In this document: in pieces, positions 46,328 through 56,275 of the stretch | How positions within the stretch are numbered: position 1 is the first letter of the stretch | Layout of the letters: the number at the start of each line of letters is the position of its first letter | Assembly: GCA_965200315.1 (NCBI GenBank) | Contig: OZ241362.1 | Span: 5,184,001 to 5,248,000 of the forward strand | Length of the DNA stretch: 64,000 bases | Origin: Candidatus Latescibacterota bacterium | Lineage (GTDB): Bacteria; Latescibacterota; UBA2968; UBA8231 | Direction: 5' to 3' | The notes under the pieces: generated by a model | Database searches by the model: none | What the model was told of the DNA's origin: nothing | What the model saw: the letters and a program-made list of their open reading frames with translations, nothing else | Made by a program: the position numbers and the translations under genes

Positions 46328-47391
46328 TGCCGACCTTGTGCGCCGAAGATCTCGATGCGCTGGCTCGAGCTTGCTTGCGGCGGGTCGGTGTTCCGGCGGA
46401 CGATGCGGCGTTGGTAGCCGAACACTTGGTCGAAGCCGGGCTGATGGGGCACGATACCCACAGCGTGTTGCGGCTGCCCCAATACGTGAACATGGTGCGC
46501 GACGGTCAAGTCGATCCTAAAGCCGAGTTGGTGGTGCTGGACGAAAGCGAGTGCGGGGGGCGGCTGAGTGGCCAGTGGAACTACGGACCGGTGACCGCAA
46601 CCGAGGCCGTGCGCTGGGCACTGGACAAGCTCGGCGACGGTGCCGTGGCGGTCGTCGGGGTGCGCGACTGCAACCACGTGGCGCGGCTGGGGCGTTTCGC
46701 CGAGATCGCTACCCGCGCCGACTGCATTGCACTCATCGCGGCCAATGGCCACGGCGGCGACAGTGCGGTGGCTCCCTTTGGTGGCCGCAGCCGTCGCTTG
46801 CCGACGAATCCGATCTGCTGCGGCATTCCCACCAGCGGCGCGTGGCCCGTGATCTTGGACATGACGACGAGCATGATTTCCGGTGGCGATATGCGGCTTT
46901 TGCGCAACAGGGGTGAAGATGCGCCGCCGGGAATGCTGATTGACTCAGAAGGTCTCCCAACGACAAAAGTGGACGCTTACTACGGCCCGCCGGCCGGTGC
47001 CATCTTGCCGCTTGGTTTCCCGCAGAGCGGTCACAAGGGCTACGGGCTTTCCGTGCTGGTTGATATTTTGGCCGGGTCGCTTTCCGGGGCCGGGATGACG
47101 CAAGAGGCACCCGAGCGCACGGGCAACGCGCTGTTCATCGCCGTGCTCAATGTCGCGGCTTTTCTGCCGTTGGACGAGTTTTACGCCGAGGTCGCAGGCT
47201 TTGTCGAGTGGGTTAAGTCGTGTCCGCCGGCTCCCGGAGTGGCCGAGGTGGTGCTGCCTGGGGAGCGAGCGTACCAGCGGTTGCAGGCGCGGCGGCGCGA
47301 TGGGCTGCACGTGGATGAGAAGGCTTGGGCCGAGATAGGAGCCTTGGCAGCCGAATTGGGAGTGGAACTGCCAATGCTGTTTAAAAATTAA
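46327..47391 (+). CDS. Ldh_2 family (malate/L-lactate/ureidoglycolate) dehydrogenase
   Basis: GHDTH, NHVAR, TNPI, DMTTS, HKGYGL, LPGE. Confidence 0.88.
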   Translation: MPTLCAEDLDALARACLRRVGVPADDAALVAEHLVEAGLMGHDTHSVLRLPQYVNMVRDGQVDPKAELVVLDESECGGRLSGQWNYGPVTATEAVRWALDKLGDGAVAVVGVRDCNHVARLGRFAEIATRADCIALIAANGHGGDSAVAPFGGRSRRLPTNPICCGIPTSGAWPVILDMTTSMISGGDMRLLRNRGEDAPPGMLIDSEGLPTTKVDAYYGPPAGAILPLGFPQSGHKGYGLSVLVDILAGSLSGAGMTQEAPERTGNALFIAVLNVAAFLPLDEFYAEVAGFVEWVKSCPPAPGVAEVVLPGERAYQRLQARRRDGLHVDEKAWAEIGALAAELGVELPMLFKN

Positions 47392-47424
47392 GACCTCGTA
47401 ATTCTAAATTAAAAGGAGTTTGCA

Positions 47425-48420
47425 ATGCTTCACATCGGGATTGTCGGCATGGGTGGAATTGGCAACAATCACGCCCGTTGCTACACGGCAAACGAGAACG
47501 CAAAGGTCGTCGCTGTGTGCGATATGGTTAAAGAGCAAGCGGACAGAGCGGCCGAGTCCTATGAGGCAGGGGCCTTTTACTCGATCGAGGAGATGATTGC
47601 TAGTGGCCTGCGGCTCGATGCCTGCTCGGTGACCACGGCTGGGGTGGAGAACGGGGGCGATCACTACGAGCCGACGATGGCGCTTTTGCGGGCCGGCATT
47701 CCAGTGCTGGGCGAGAAGCCGATTTCCAATGAAATTCCCAAGGCGCGGGAGATGGTGGCCTTGGCCGCACAAAAGCAGTTGCCCTACGGAATCAACCTGA
47801 ATCACCGCTTCACGCCCGCGGCCGTTAAGGCCAAGGAGTGGCTGACCAACGGGCGGCTCGGCGAGCTACAGATAATCAACATGACGATGTGGATCAACAA
47901 TCCCAACGAATCGAGTCCGTGGTTCCACATCCGCGCTCTGCACCCGCACTCGCTGGACGTGATGAGCTATTTCGCCGGCGGAGTGGATCGGGTCCACGCC
48001 TTTTTCAAGAAAGGAAAAGGTCGGCAGATCTGGTCCAATGTGCAGGCGAATCTGCTGTACGAGAATGGCGTCATCGGGCATTTGACCGGGTCGTACGACG
48101 CTGGAGGAAGCTACGGCTTGGAGACTTTGGAGCTAGTGGGTTCAGAGGGACGGGTCATCATCAACGAAGCCTGCGAAAAGCTGACGTTTTACCCGCGTTT
48201 TTCGCGCGAGGTGGAAAGCTACGATCACCTCGGGGGCATGGGCGGCTTTGCGGATACCTTTCCGATGCGCATCAACGCTTGGATCGACGATTTGCTAAAC
48301 CAAGTCCCGCCGGAGCAGGTGGATGCCAAAGGAGCGGACGCCTTGCGGGTCCAGTTGGTGATTGAGGCACTCATCGAAAGCTGGGAAACCGGGCTGGTGG
48401 TGAAGGTGCCGCAGCAATAA
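47425..48420 (+). CDS. Gfo/Idh/MocA family oxidoreductase
   Basis: GMGGIG, EKPI, NHRF, HSLD. Confidence 0.88.
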   Translation: MLHIGIVGMGGIGNNHARCYTANENAKVVAVCDMVKEQADRAAESYEAGAFYSIEEMIASGLRLDACSVTTAGVENGGDHYEPTMALLRAGIPVLGEKPISNEIPKAREMVALAAQKQLPYGINLNHRFTPAAVKAKEWLTNGRLGELQIINMTMWINNPNESSPWFHIRALHPHSLDVMSYFAGGVDRVHAFFKKGKGRQIWSNVQANLLYENGVIGHLTGSYDAGGSYGLETLELVGSEGRVIINEACEKLTFYPRFSREVESYDHLGGMGGFADTFPMRINAWIDDLLNQVPPEQVDAKGADALRVQLVIEALIESWETGLVVKVPQQ

Positions 48421-48447
48421 GTGCAAATGGCGGCTGGGGGGGTAGTT

Positions 48448-48456
48448 TGTTATACT
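48448..48456 (+). promoter_or_regulatory. Putative extended -10 promoter upstream of lepB
   Basis: TG-T-TATACT, followed by GAGGAG RBS and ATG 48479. Confidence 0.4.
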
Positions 48457-48478
48457 CAGGTCTGAGGAGATACTGCGG

Positions 48479-49183
48479 ATGAAGCAAGCCGAGAAAAAGT
48501 CCGAACTTGGCCAATACCTGCATTCGATACTGACCGTCGTGGGTTTGTTTCTGGTCATTCGCACTGGGGTGGTGCAGGCCTTTTACATCCCTTCTAGCTC
48601 GATGGAAGACACGCTCTTGGTGGGCGATTATCTGTTGGCCAACAAGTTTGTCTATGGCGTTCCGGTCGATGTGCCCCTGACGAGCATTTCCCTCTTCCGC
48701 CTGCCCGCGCTCAAGGAGCCGCAGCCGGGCGACATCGTGATTTTCCGCTCTCCGCAGGACGAGGGGCGCGACTTGATTAAGCGCTGCGTGGCCGTTGGGG
48801 GGCAGAAAGTGGAGATTGTCGACAAGGTGCTCTACGTCGATGGCCAGCACCAGCAGGACCCACCGCGGGCCAAGTACGCCGACCGCACGTACTATCCGGC
48901 GGAACGCAACTCCCGCGACAACTTTGGTCCGTATATTGTGCCCGAGGGACATTTCTTTATGATGGGCGACAACCGCGACAACAGCTCGGATAGCCGCTAC
49001 TTTCGCGCCGTGCCCAAGCGCTTGATCAAGGGCAAGGCCATGAATATCTATTGGTCGTGGGAGCCCGACACCCGCGGGCCTTACTACCGGGGCTTGACGT
49101 CTCTGCCCACGGTGGTGGCCAGCTTTATCTGGCGCCTGCCTAGCCGAGTGCGCTACGGGCGTCTCGGCGATATTATCTACTAG
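48479..49183 (+). CDS. lepB: Signal peptidase I
   Basis: IPSSSM (Ser), LIKR (Lys), GDNRDNSSDSRYF. Confidence 0.93.
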   Translation: MKQAEKKSELGQYLHSILTVVGLFLVIRTGVVQAFYIPSSSMEDTLLVGDYLLANKFVYGVPVDVPLTSISLFRLPALKEPQPGDIVIFRSPQDEGRDLIKRCVAVGGQKVEIVDKVLYVDGQHQQDPPRAKYADRTYYPAERNSRDNFGPYIVPEGHFFMMGDNRDNSSDSRYFRAVPKRLIKGKAMNIYWSWEPDTRGPYYRGLTSLPTVVASFIWRLPSRVRYGRLGDIIY

Positions 49184-49216
49184 CATCTTCCCTTACTCTT
49201 TGGAAAGGGGAGCGGA

Positions 49217-50908
49217 TTGAAACGGGAATCGCACGAATACGACAAGGCCCAAGAGCCAGAAGAGCAGGTCGCCGAGCCGTTGCGCTTGGTCGATCAGCTA
49301 CTCGCGCTGGCCCCAGACCGCGACCCGGCTCGGCCCCTGCTGTACCGTCTCCGGCGCCAGCTCATGGAGCGGGAGATTTCCTTTCAGGAGGCGCGCCGGG
49401 CGCTCGTGGAGATGGAAGCCGCGCTAGAGAAGGTGACGGCACCAGCCAACCGCGTCGGCATTTTTCTCGGCATGCCGTGCGAGGGGATTGCCACAGTCTT
49501 CGTCGGCAACGCCGAGTACTATGCCAACATCGACCCGCGCGTCGATGGGTCCCAGCTCAAGGTTGGCTGCCGGGTGCTGGTAAACGAAGCGTACGCGGTC
49601 GTCGGCAACTTGGGGCACAGCCCCTCGGGGCCGGTGGCCAAAATTGGCGATCTGCTCCCAGAGGGCCGGTTGCGCATCGCCCAAGCGCACGGCACCCAAG
49701 AGGTGGTCGTGGAGCGTGCGGCGGAATTGGCGGACGCGAATTTGCAAATCGGCGATGAGGTGCGGATGGACCCGGCCTACAAGGTCGCCCTAGAAATGTT
49801 GCAGTCGGCCGAGAGCAAGGAGTACTTCATCGAGGATGTTCCTCCAACTCCTTGGGAGAGCATCGGCGGCCAGCAAGAGGCGATCGAAGCCATCCGCGAC
49901 ACCATTGAGCTGCCCGCGTTGCACCCTCAGCTCTTCGAGCGCTTCGAGTATTCGACGCCCAAGGGCTTTCTGCTCTACGGCCCTCCAGGTTGCGGTAAGA
50001 CCCTCATCGGCAAGGCCACGGCGTACAACTTGGTCCAGCACATGCGCGAGGTCGAGGGTTTGGAGTTGGAAGAGTACTTCATGCACATCAAGGGGCCGGA
50101 GATACTCAACATGTGGCTCGGCGAGACCGAGCGCATGGTGCGCGAAGTCTTTGCCCAGGCGCGCCAAAAGCGCAAGGAAGGCTATTTGCCCTTTGTCTTT
50201 ATCGACGAAGCCGAGTCGATCTTGGGCACGCGGCGCTCGATGCGCAGCCACAACATCTCCAATACGGTCGTGCCGATGTTTTGCACCGAGATGGACGGCA
50301 TTGAGTCGCTGCACGACGTAGTGCTGATTTTGGCCTCTAACCGCCACGATCTGATTGATCCGGCCGTGCTCCGGCCCGGCCGCATCGACCGCAAGATCAA
50401 GGTCGCACGCCCCAACTACGAGGCGGCCGGCGACATTTTAGGGATTTACCTCAAGCCCGAACTGCCGATCGATAGCACCGAGGTAGAGCAGCACGGCAGC
50501 GAAGCGGCCGCGCACGAGGCCATAATACAGGAGGGGCTAGACGAGTTATTTTCCAAAGGCGAAGAAGCCCGTTTCTTAGAGGTGTCGCTGCGCAGTGGCC
50601 GCCAAGAAGTGCTCTATCGCGGCGATCTGATTTCCGGAGCCATCATCGCCTCGGTCGTATCGCGGGCCAAGGAAATGGCGATCAAGCGCGCCATTGCCGA
50701 AGAAGACCCCGAAGGCGGGATTCGCGCCGAGGACTTGCGGCAAGCGACGCGGGCTGAATACCGCGAGAACGAGGTGTTCCCACCCTCGGACAGCGTCGAG
50801 GATTGGCTCAAGCTGCTCGACTACGAGCCGGAGAACGTGGTGAGGGTGATACCCGTTAGACCCCAGCCGGAAAAGGCACCGGAAAAGCGCGTCGGTCAGG
50901 TGATCTGA
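49217..50908 (+). CDS. arc: Proteasome-associated AAA+ ATPase (ARC/Mpa-like)
   Basis: N-terminal coiled coil and OB region, GPPGCGKT, FIDE, DPAVLRPGRID. Heads the proteasome operon. Confidence 0.9.
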   Translation: MKRESHEYDKAQEPEEQVAEPLRLVDQLLALAPDRDPARPLLYRLRRQLMEREISFQEARRALVEMEAALEKVTAPANRVGIFLGMPCEGIATVFVGNAEYYANIDPRVDGSQLKVGCRVLVNEAYAVVGNLGHSPSGPVAKIGDLLPEGRLRIAQAHGTQEVVVERAAELADANLQIGDEVRMDPAYKVALEMLQSAESKEYFIEDVPPTPWESIGGQQEAIEAIRDTIELPALHPQLFERFEYSTPKGFLLYGPPGCGKTLIGKATAYNLVQHMREVEGLELEEYFMHIKGPEILNMWLGETERMVREVFAQARQKRKEGYLPFVFIDEAESILGTRRSMRSHNISNTVVPMFCTEMDGIESLHDVVLILASNRHDLIDPAVLRPGRIDRKIKVARPNYEAAGDILGIYLKPELPIDSTEVEQHGSEAAAHEAIIQEGLDELFSKGEEARFLEVSLRSGRQEVLYRGDLISGAIIASVVSRAKEMAIKRAIAEEDPEGGIRAEDLRQATRAEYRENEVFPPSDSVEDWLKLLDYEPENVVRVIPVRPQPEKAPEKRVGQVI

Positions 50909-50916
50909 TTCAGTTC

Positions 50917-52461
50917 ATGCAGCGGCTCTGCGGGCTAGAAACCGAGTACGGCATCCAGGTTGATGAGGACGAGTCCATGGACGTGGTGGTAGAGTCCATG
51001 GAGTTGATTCGCTGCTATGTGCGTCAAGATTTTGTCACGCTGTGGAATTACGCGCTCGAAAACCCGCGGCTCGACATGCGCGGCTTTGAGGTCACCGAGC
51101 TACTCAACGACAAAGATGAGACCGTCCACTTGCAGAAGGATCGCCAGCGCCCGATCCAGCTAGCGGACCTCAAAAGCGACTTGATCGTCCACAACGGTGC
51201 CCGCCTGTACAACGACCACACCCACCCGGAATTTTCTACTCCAGAGTGCTATAGTCTCCGCGACTTAGTCGCTGTCGATCGCGCTGGCGAGCGGATTCTT
51301 CTCCAGTGTGCGCGCCAGCGCACCGAGGACCGCCGCCGCGGTGTGGTGCGCTTGTACAAAAACAACACTGACTTTGAGGGGCATAGCTATGGCTGCCACG
51401 AGAATTTCCTGCTCAGCCGCGACATGCCCTTCCAGCAGGTGATTGACGGGCTGCTGCCCTTTGTGGTGACGCGGCAAATTTTTGCCGGGGCTGGCAAAGT
51501 CGGCGTCGAACAGGACGCCCGGGCGCGGGCCGCCACCTACCAACTAAGCCAGCGCGCGGACTTTTTCGAGGTCATCGCCAGCGTCGATACCATGCACCGC
51601 CGTCCATTGGTCAACACCCGCGACGAGCCACATGCCGATCCTGCGCACTACCGCCGCCTGCATCTGATCATCGGCGATGCCAACATGTGCGAATACGCTA
51701 CCGCGCTCAAGGTCGGCACGTCTTCCTTGGTGCTGGATTTGCTAGAAGCTGGTACATTGCCCGCGTTTACCTTGGCCGATCCCATTGGTGCGCTCAAGGT
51801 CATTTCCCGCGACGAATCACAGCAGTGGCCAGTGGCTTTAGTCGGGGGAGGATCGAGTTCGGCGCTGGAGATCCAAACAGCCATTATGGCGGCGGCGACG
51901 CGGGCTTTTCAGGGCCGCGACGAGGAGACCGATTGGGTGCTTACGGCTTGGCGCGATGTGTTGGACTCACTTGCGCGCAATCCGCAGGAGCTGATCGGAC
52001 GCCTTGATTGGGTGACCAAAAAGTGGCTTTTGGATGCGTTTGCCGAGTCCGAGGGCCTCGATTGGGAACGGCCGGAGGACCGCACGTGGCTGCAAAGCCA
52101 AGACCTCGAATACCACAACATCGACCCGGCAGAGGGATTGTTCTTGCTGCTTGAAGCCGCAGGCGAGGTAGAGCGCGTCGTCTCCGAGGAGGCGGTGTGT
52201 CGGGCGTTGGTTGAGCCGCCCGGGGACACGCGGGCCTATTTTCGCGGCAAGATGTTGCAGAAGTTTGCCGCGTCGGTGCGCTCGCTCAACTGGGACAGCA
52301 TTGCGCTAACCATCGGCGGTCGCTCTGAGGTCATTGACCTCAAGGCTTGTGTCAGCCGGGAGGTAGCGACTTATTATAATCAAGCCTTAGACGCGGCGAC
52401 GAGCGTTGAGGATTTGCTCGCCAGACTGGGTAGAAAACCAAAACCGGAGGTGGCACCATGA
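50917..52461 (+). CDS. dop: Pup/UBact deamidase-depupylase Dop
   Basis: GLETEYG, NGARLYNDHTHPEFSTPE, YGCHEN, NTRDEPHAD. Confidence 0.88.
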   Translation: MQRLCGLETEYGIQVDEDESMDVVVESMELIRCYVRQDFVTLWNYALENPRLDMRGFEVTELLNDKDETVHLQKDRQRPIQLADLKSDLIVHNGARLYNDHTHPEFSTPECYSLRDLVAVDRAGERILLQCARQRTEDRRRGVVRLYKNNTDFEGHSYGCHENFLLSRDMPFQQVIDGLLPFVVTRQIFAGAGKVGVEQDARARAATYQLSQRADFFEVIASVDTMHRRPLVNTRDEPHADPAHYRRLHLIIGDANMCEYATALKVGTSSLVLDLLEAGTLPAFTLADPIGALKVISRDESQQWPVALVGGGSSSALEIQTAIMAAATRAFQGRDEETDWVLTAWRDVLDSLARNPQELIGRLDWVTKKWLLDAFAESEGLDWERPEDRTWLQSQDLEYHNIDPAEGLFLLLEAAGEVERVVSEEAVCRALVEPPGDTRAYFRGKMLQKFAASVRSLNWDSIALTIGGRSEVIDLKACVSREVATYYNQALDAATSVEDLLARLGRKPKPEVAP

Positions 52462-52649
52462 GCGATTTTATTTCCTACCGGGAGCGCACGCCCCGGCCGA
52501 CCAAGCCGCTTGACGACAACGACGACGGACCAGATACCGGTCCGCGCCGGCCGCGGGTCGAGCGTCCTAGCACGGACGATATCCTCAAGCGGATGCGCCG
52601 CGTAGATCCCAATCAGGCCCGTCGCTATCGCCAGCGCACCGGACAGTAA
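52458..52649 (+). CDS. ubact: Ubiquitin-like modifier UBact (Pup analogue)
   Basis: 63-aa disordered protein ending LKRMRRVDPNQARRYRQRTGQ, located between dop and prcB. Confidence 0.9.
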   Translation: MSDFISYRERTPRPTKPLDDNDDGPDTGPRRPRVERPSTDDILKRMRRVDPNQARRYRQRTGQ

Positions 52650-53414
52650 TTGCCGATGGAAAGCTGCAACTTCCTCGACTTGCTCAAGGAGCGGGGGCTC
52701 TTGCCCGTTGCCCCCGTTGCTACTGCGGAAGCGTCCTTGCAGCCGGTCGAGGGTACCACGATTGTAGCGGTGCGCTGCGCCGACGGGGTGGTGGTGGCTG
52801 GCGACCGCCGCGCCACCATGGGCAACTCAGTGGTGTACGACCGCGCCGACAAAGTGCTGATCATCGACGACGAAGCAGTCATGGCCATTGCTGGCTCGCC
52901 GGCCGTGGCGTGGGACATTGCGCGGATGCTGGAAATGTCGGTGCAGTACTACCGCCGCAGCCAGCTACAAGAGCTGAGCTTGGACGGCAAGGTGCGGACT
53001 TTGTCGCGGCTGTTGCGCCAGAACTTGCCGCTGGCCATGCAGGGGATTGGCGCAGTGGTCCCGATTTTCGCGGCCTTTGATCGCACGGCTGCAGAGGGCA
53101 AAATTTTCTTTTACGACCTTTTGGGGGCTGAGTTCGAGTGTGTGGATTTCTGCGCCACTGGGTCGGGGGCACACATTGTACGCGGTGCGCTGTACTATCA
53201 AAACCGCTGGGGGCCGCAGCCGTTGCGGGAAATGGCCGGGGAGCAGGCGGTTGAGCTGGTGCTCAAGATGCTGGAGACAGCCGCTGAATACGACACGGCT
53301 ACTGGCGGTTTCCGCGAGGCCGCGCACATCTTTCCCCAGGTCGTGCAGGTGACGGCTGCGGGTTTGAGCGCTGTGCCCGAAGCGGATTTGGCCGCGCTCT
53401 ACTCAAGGGCTTGA
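52650..53414 (+). CDS. prcB: 20S proteasome beta subunit
   Basis: Propeptide then G|TTIVA catalytic Thr, GDRRAT, ATGSG, DTATGG. Confidence 0.92.
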   Translation: MPMESCNFLDLLKERGLLPVAPVATAEASLQPVEGTTIVAVRCADGVVVAGDRRATMGNSVVYDRADKVLIIDDEAVMAIAGSPAVAWDIARMLEMSVQYYRRSQLQELSLDGKVRTLSRLLRQNLPLAMQGIGAVVPIFAAFDRTAAEGKIFFYDLLGAEFECVDFCATGSGAHIVRGALYYQNRWGPQPLREMAGEQAVELVLKMLETAAEYDTATGGFREAAHIFPQVVQVTAAGLSAVPEADLAALYSRA

Positions 53415-54181
53415 GGAGCATGTTAGAAGAACCTTATCGCTGGGTCGAGGCCATCAATAACCGCCGCGAGTACGTGGAAGACCAACTCGCGAGCGGCAGT
53501 CCGGTAGTAGGCGCGACGTACGCCGATGGGCTACTGCTGCTGACAGCTACGCCAGGCCCGCGCAAGCTCTTTGAGGTGTACGACGAGATCGCCTTTGCGG
53601 CCGTAGGGCATCCAGCCGACATCGAGAAGCTCCGCAAAGCCGTCATCGACATCGCCCATATCGAGGGATTCAACTTGTCGGCCAACGATGTGACTTTACA
53701 GCGGTTGGTCAGCTTTGGCATCGGTCCGCTGATGAAGGCGGCTTTCGACGAGCTGTTTCGCTCGCCCTTTGTCGCCCGCGTGCTGATGGCCGAGCTAGAC
53801 CCGGATGGCGGTGGAGATGCTTTTTTTACCATCGACGCCGATGGGTCTTTTGCCCAAAGTGGTGGGGTGGCGACCATCAGCGGCAACGCAGAGAGCGCAC
53901 AGGCTATGAGGGCCCAACTGCAAGAAACTAGTCCAGAGCTTCCCCTCGACCAAGCCTTGTGTGCGGCGTTGGAGGTGTGGGGGTTGGGCCGGTTGATCCT
54001 CGACACTCGAGATGGAGAGCTGCCCAGCGCAGAGGCTGTGCGCGATTTTCTCAAGGGCGGCTTGCAAGGGCTGACAGTCGAAGCCGCAGTGCTCGACCGC
54101 GGCCGCGCCGCCAAGTCGAAGTTCCGCCTGCTCACCGCGCAACAACTAGCCGAGCCACTCGCTTCCTACTTCGAGAGCTAG
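53411..54181 (+). CDS. prcA: 20S proteasome alpha subunit
   Basis: GSPVV, KLFEVYDEIAFAAVG, EAAVLDR. Follows prcB. Confidence 0.88.
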   Translation: MRSMLEEPYRWVEAINNRREYVEDQLASGSPVVGATYADGLLLLTATPGPRKLFEVYDEIAFAAVGHPADIEKLRKAVIDIAHIEGFNLSANDVTLQRLVSFGIGPLMKAAFDELFRSPFVARVLMAELDPDGGGDAFFTIDADGSFAQSGGVATISGNAESAQAMRAQLQETSPELPLDQALCAALEVWGLGRLILDTRDGELPSAEAVRDFLKGGLQGLTVEAAVLDRGRAAKSKFRLLTAQQLAEPLASYFES

Positions 54182-54182
54182 T

Positions 54183-55610
54183 ATGGAAGGTCGCATCTAC
54201 GGGCTGGAAACAGAGTACGGTTGTCTGCCGCCGGCTTCGGATCCCTTTTTGAGTCCCGATTTCGTGTCGATAAAGGCCAAGGACTGCGTGTTCTACCGCG
54301 AGGGTTTGGGCATCGTCGATATGCACTATCGGGGCCGCGATGAGCCGCCCGGCAACGGCGGCTTTCTCTTCAACGGCGGGCGCGTGTACATCGACATGGG
54401 CCACGTCGAATACGCCACTCCGGAATGCACCGGACTTTTTGATTTGGTGGCTGCCGATCGGGCCGGTGAGCGGTTGGTGCAGCGCGCGCTAGATCAGCTT
54501 GGCTTGGCTGATAGCGCGGCCTTTTTCAAGAACAATATCGACCACTACACAGGGGCTACGTTTGGCTGCCACGAAAACTACCTCGTGCGGCGAGAGGTGC
54601 CGTTTTCGCAAGTGTTGCTGCCGACTATGCTGCCCTTTTTCGTCACCCGCCAGATATTCGCCGGTGCTGGCCGCGTGGGTTGCCACACGGATATTTTCGA
54701 GTACGGCAATGCCGAGGACGAAGGCATTGGATTCCAACTGTCGCAGCGGGCCGACCACATAGTCACCGAGATCTACCAGTGGATTCAGTTCAGTCGCGCA
54801 ATCATCAACACGCGCGACGAGCCGCTGGCCGACTGGGGGCTGTACCGCCGCTTGCACCTTTTGGTAGGCGATTCAAATATGATGGAGTACGCCACTGCCC
54901 TGAAGGTGGGTACCACGGCCTTGGTGTTGCAGCTTTTAGAAGAGCAAGAGCGCATAATCTGCGACGACATCAGGCTCCTCGACCCGGTGCAAGCTATCCG
55001 CGACATTTCGCGCGACATGACCTATCGCTGGGAAGTGCAGCTAGAGGACGGTCGCTACACCACGGCTACGGAGATTCAGCGTGCGTATCTCGACTTGGCT
55101 GAGCGCCATCTGCGCGGCCAGGACGAAGAGGGCGACTGGGTGTTGGACGAGTGGCGCTTTGTCATCGACGCCTTAGAGCACGATCCTCAGTGCTTGGTTG
55201 ATCGCGTTGATTGGGTAGCCAAGAAGTGGCTGTTGGAGTACTTCATGCGGGAAGAAGGGTTGGACTGGCAGGATACTTGGATCCAAAGTTTGGATTTGGA
55301 ATACCACAATCTCAATGTGGCGCGGAGCCTCTATTTTGATCTGTACGAGCGCGGGATGGTCAAGCGAGTCGTCAGCGAAGAGCAGATCAACCAAGCCATT
55401 ACGCATCCTCCGGTCGATACGCGTGCCAGTGCCCGTTCTCGCGTGATGAGGGCGCTGACCGACCAGAAGACGCGCTACCAAATCGATTGGGATTCCATCT
55501 GCGTGGGCGACGATAAATTCCTCAGCCTCGACGACCCCTTTCTCACCTATGGCCGCGAAGCCGAAGTCTTCATCCGCGAATGTCGGCAGATGCCGGGTGC
55601 CCAGCTTTGA
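54183..55610 (+). CDS. pafA: Pup/UBact-protein ligase PafA
   Basis: GLETEYG, NGGRVYIDMGHVEYATPE, FGCHEN, RAIINTRDEP, DLEYH. Confidence 0.88.
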   Translation: MEGRIYGLETEYGCLPPASDPFLSPDFVSIKAKDCVFYREGLGIVDMHYRGRDEPPGNGGFLFNGGRVYIDMGHVEYATPECTGLFDLVAADRAGERLVQRALDQLGLADSAAFFKNNIDHYTGATFGCHENYLVRREVPFSQVLLPTMLPFFVTRQIFAGAGRVGCHTDIFEYGNAEDEGIGFQLSQRADHIVTEIYQWIQFSRAIINTRDEPLADWGLYRRLHLLVGDSNMMEYATALKVGTTALVLQLLEEQERIICDDIRLLDPVQAIRDISRDMTYRWEVQLEDGRYTTATEIQRAYLDLAERHLRGQDEEGDWVLDEWRFVIDALEHDPQCLVDRVDWVAKKWLLEYFMREEGLDWQDTWIQSLDLEYHNLNVARSLYFDLYERGMVKRVVSEEQINQAITHPPVDTRASARSRVMRALTDQKTRYQIDWDSICVGDDKFLSLDDPFLTYGREAEVFIRECRQMPGAQL

Positions 55611-55702
55611 TGTATGCCGCTGGGCCGGCAAGTCTCAAGAGATTGTCATACGTTAGCTATAGAGCATTCCTCTATGGGGACCTCCTCGATTGGCTTCATT
55701 AG

Positions 55703-56119
55703 AAGATCGCACTTCTACAGTTAGCCAGTCGCGTCGTGGCGTAGCATATACCGACTGACAGGTTTTGAGTTAGTTGAGTTTTTGCGGGAAAGGTTGGTGT
55801 TGTTAAGAGTGCTTATGTCTGCTAGTGGCTCTATTTACCTGCACATCGACTACAAAATTGGTCCCTACATCAAAGTGATGATGGATGAAGTATTTGGCAT
55901 CGCTAATCCCAAGAATTTTAAGCGGATTGGATATGGCAACTTAAAAGACACGATTCTGTTTTTATCGCAAAACATCGCATCTTACATGGAATGAACCAAA
56001 AGAAAAGTACTCGACACAAATCTAGAGGGGCTGTTTCCAAAAATAGACCAACGAGGAAGGCGTTATACTAAGGTGCCGATTCACGCGCCGGGAGAAACTC
56101 AACGCGGAAAACCTAGATA
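55703..56119 (+). pseudogene. Decayed beta-class DNA adenine methyltransferase fragment
   Basis: AYTD..EFLRERLVLLR..GSIYLHIDYKIG..MDEVFG..NPKNF..YGNLKDTILF and WNEPKE..VPIHAPGET, spread over several frames with deletions. Confidence 0.7.
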
Positions 56120-56146
56120 GGGAGTCATGTCAAGGTTTGGTATTAA

Positions 56147-56242
56147 GAGGCCCTAACAAAACTGGATTCCCGCCTACGCGAGAACGACATGGGCGGGATA
56201 CTCGCGTTGTGAGTAGCACTCAGCGGGTTTTGTTAGGGCCTC
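56147..56242. mobile_element. MITE-like element, copy 2
   Basis: Perfect 16-bp TIR GAGGCCCTAACAAAAC, TAA on both flanks (56144-56146, 56243-56245), internal GGATTCCCGCCTACGCG. Confidence 0.8.
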
Positions 56243-56275
56243 TAAGAATGTTTAACCGTTGTAGGAGAACAACGC

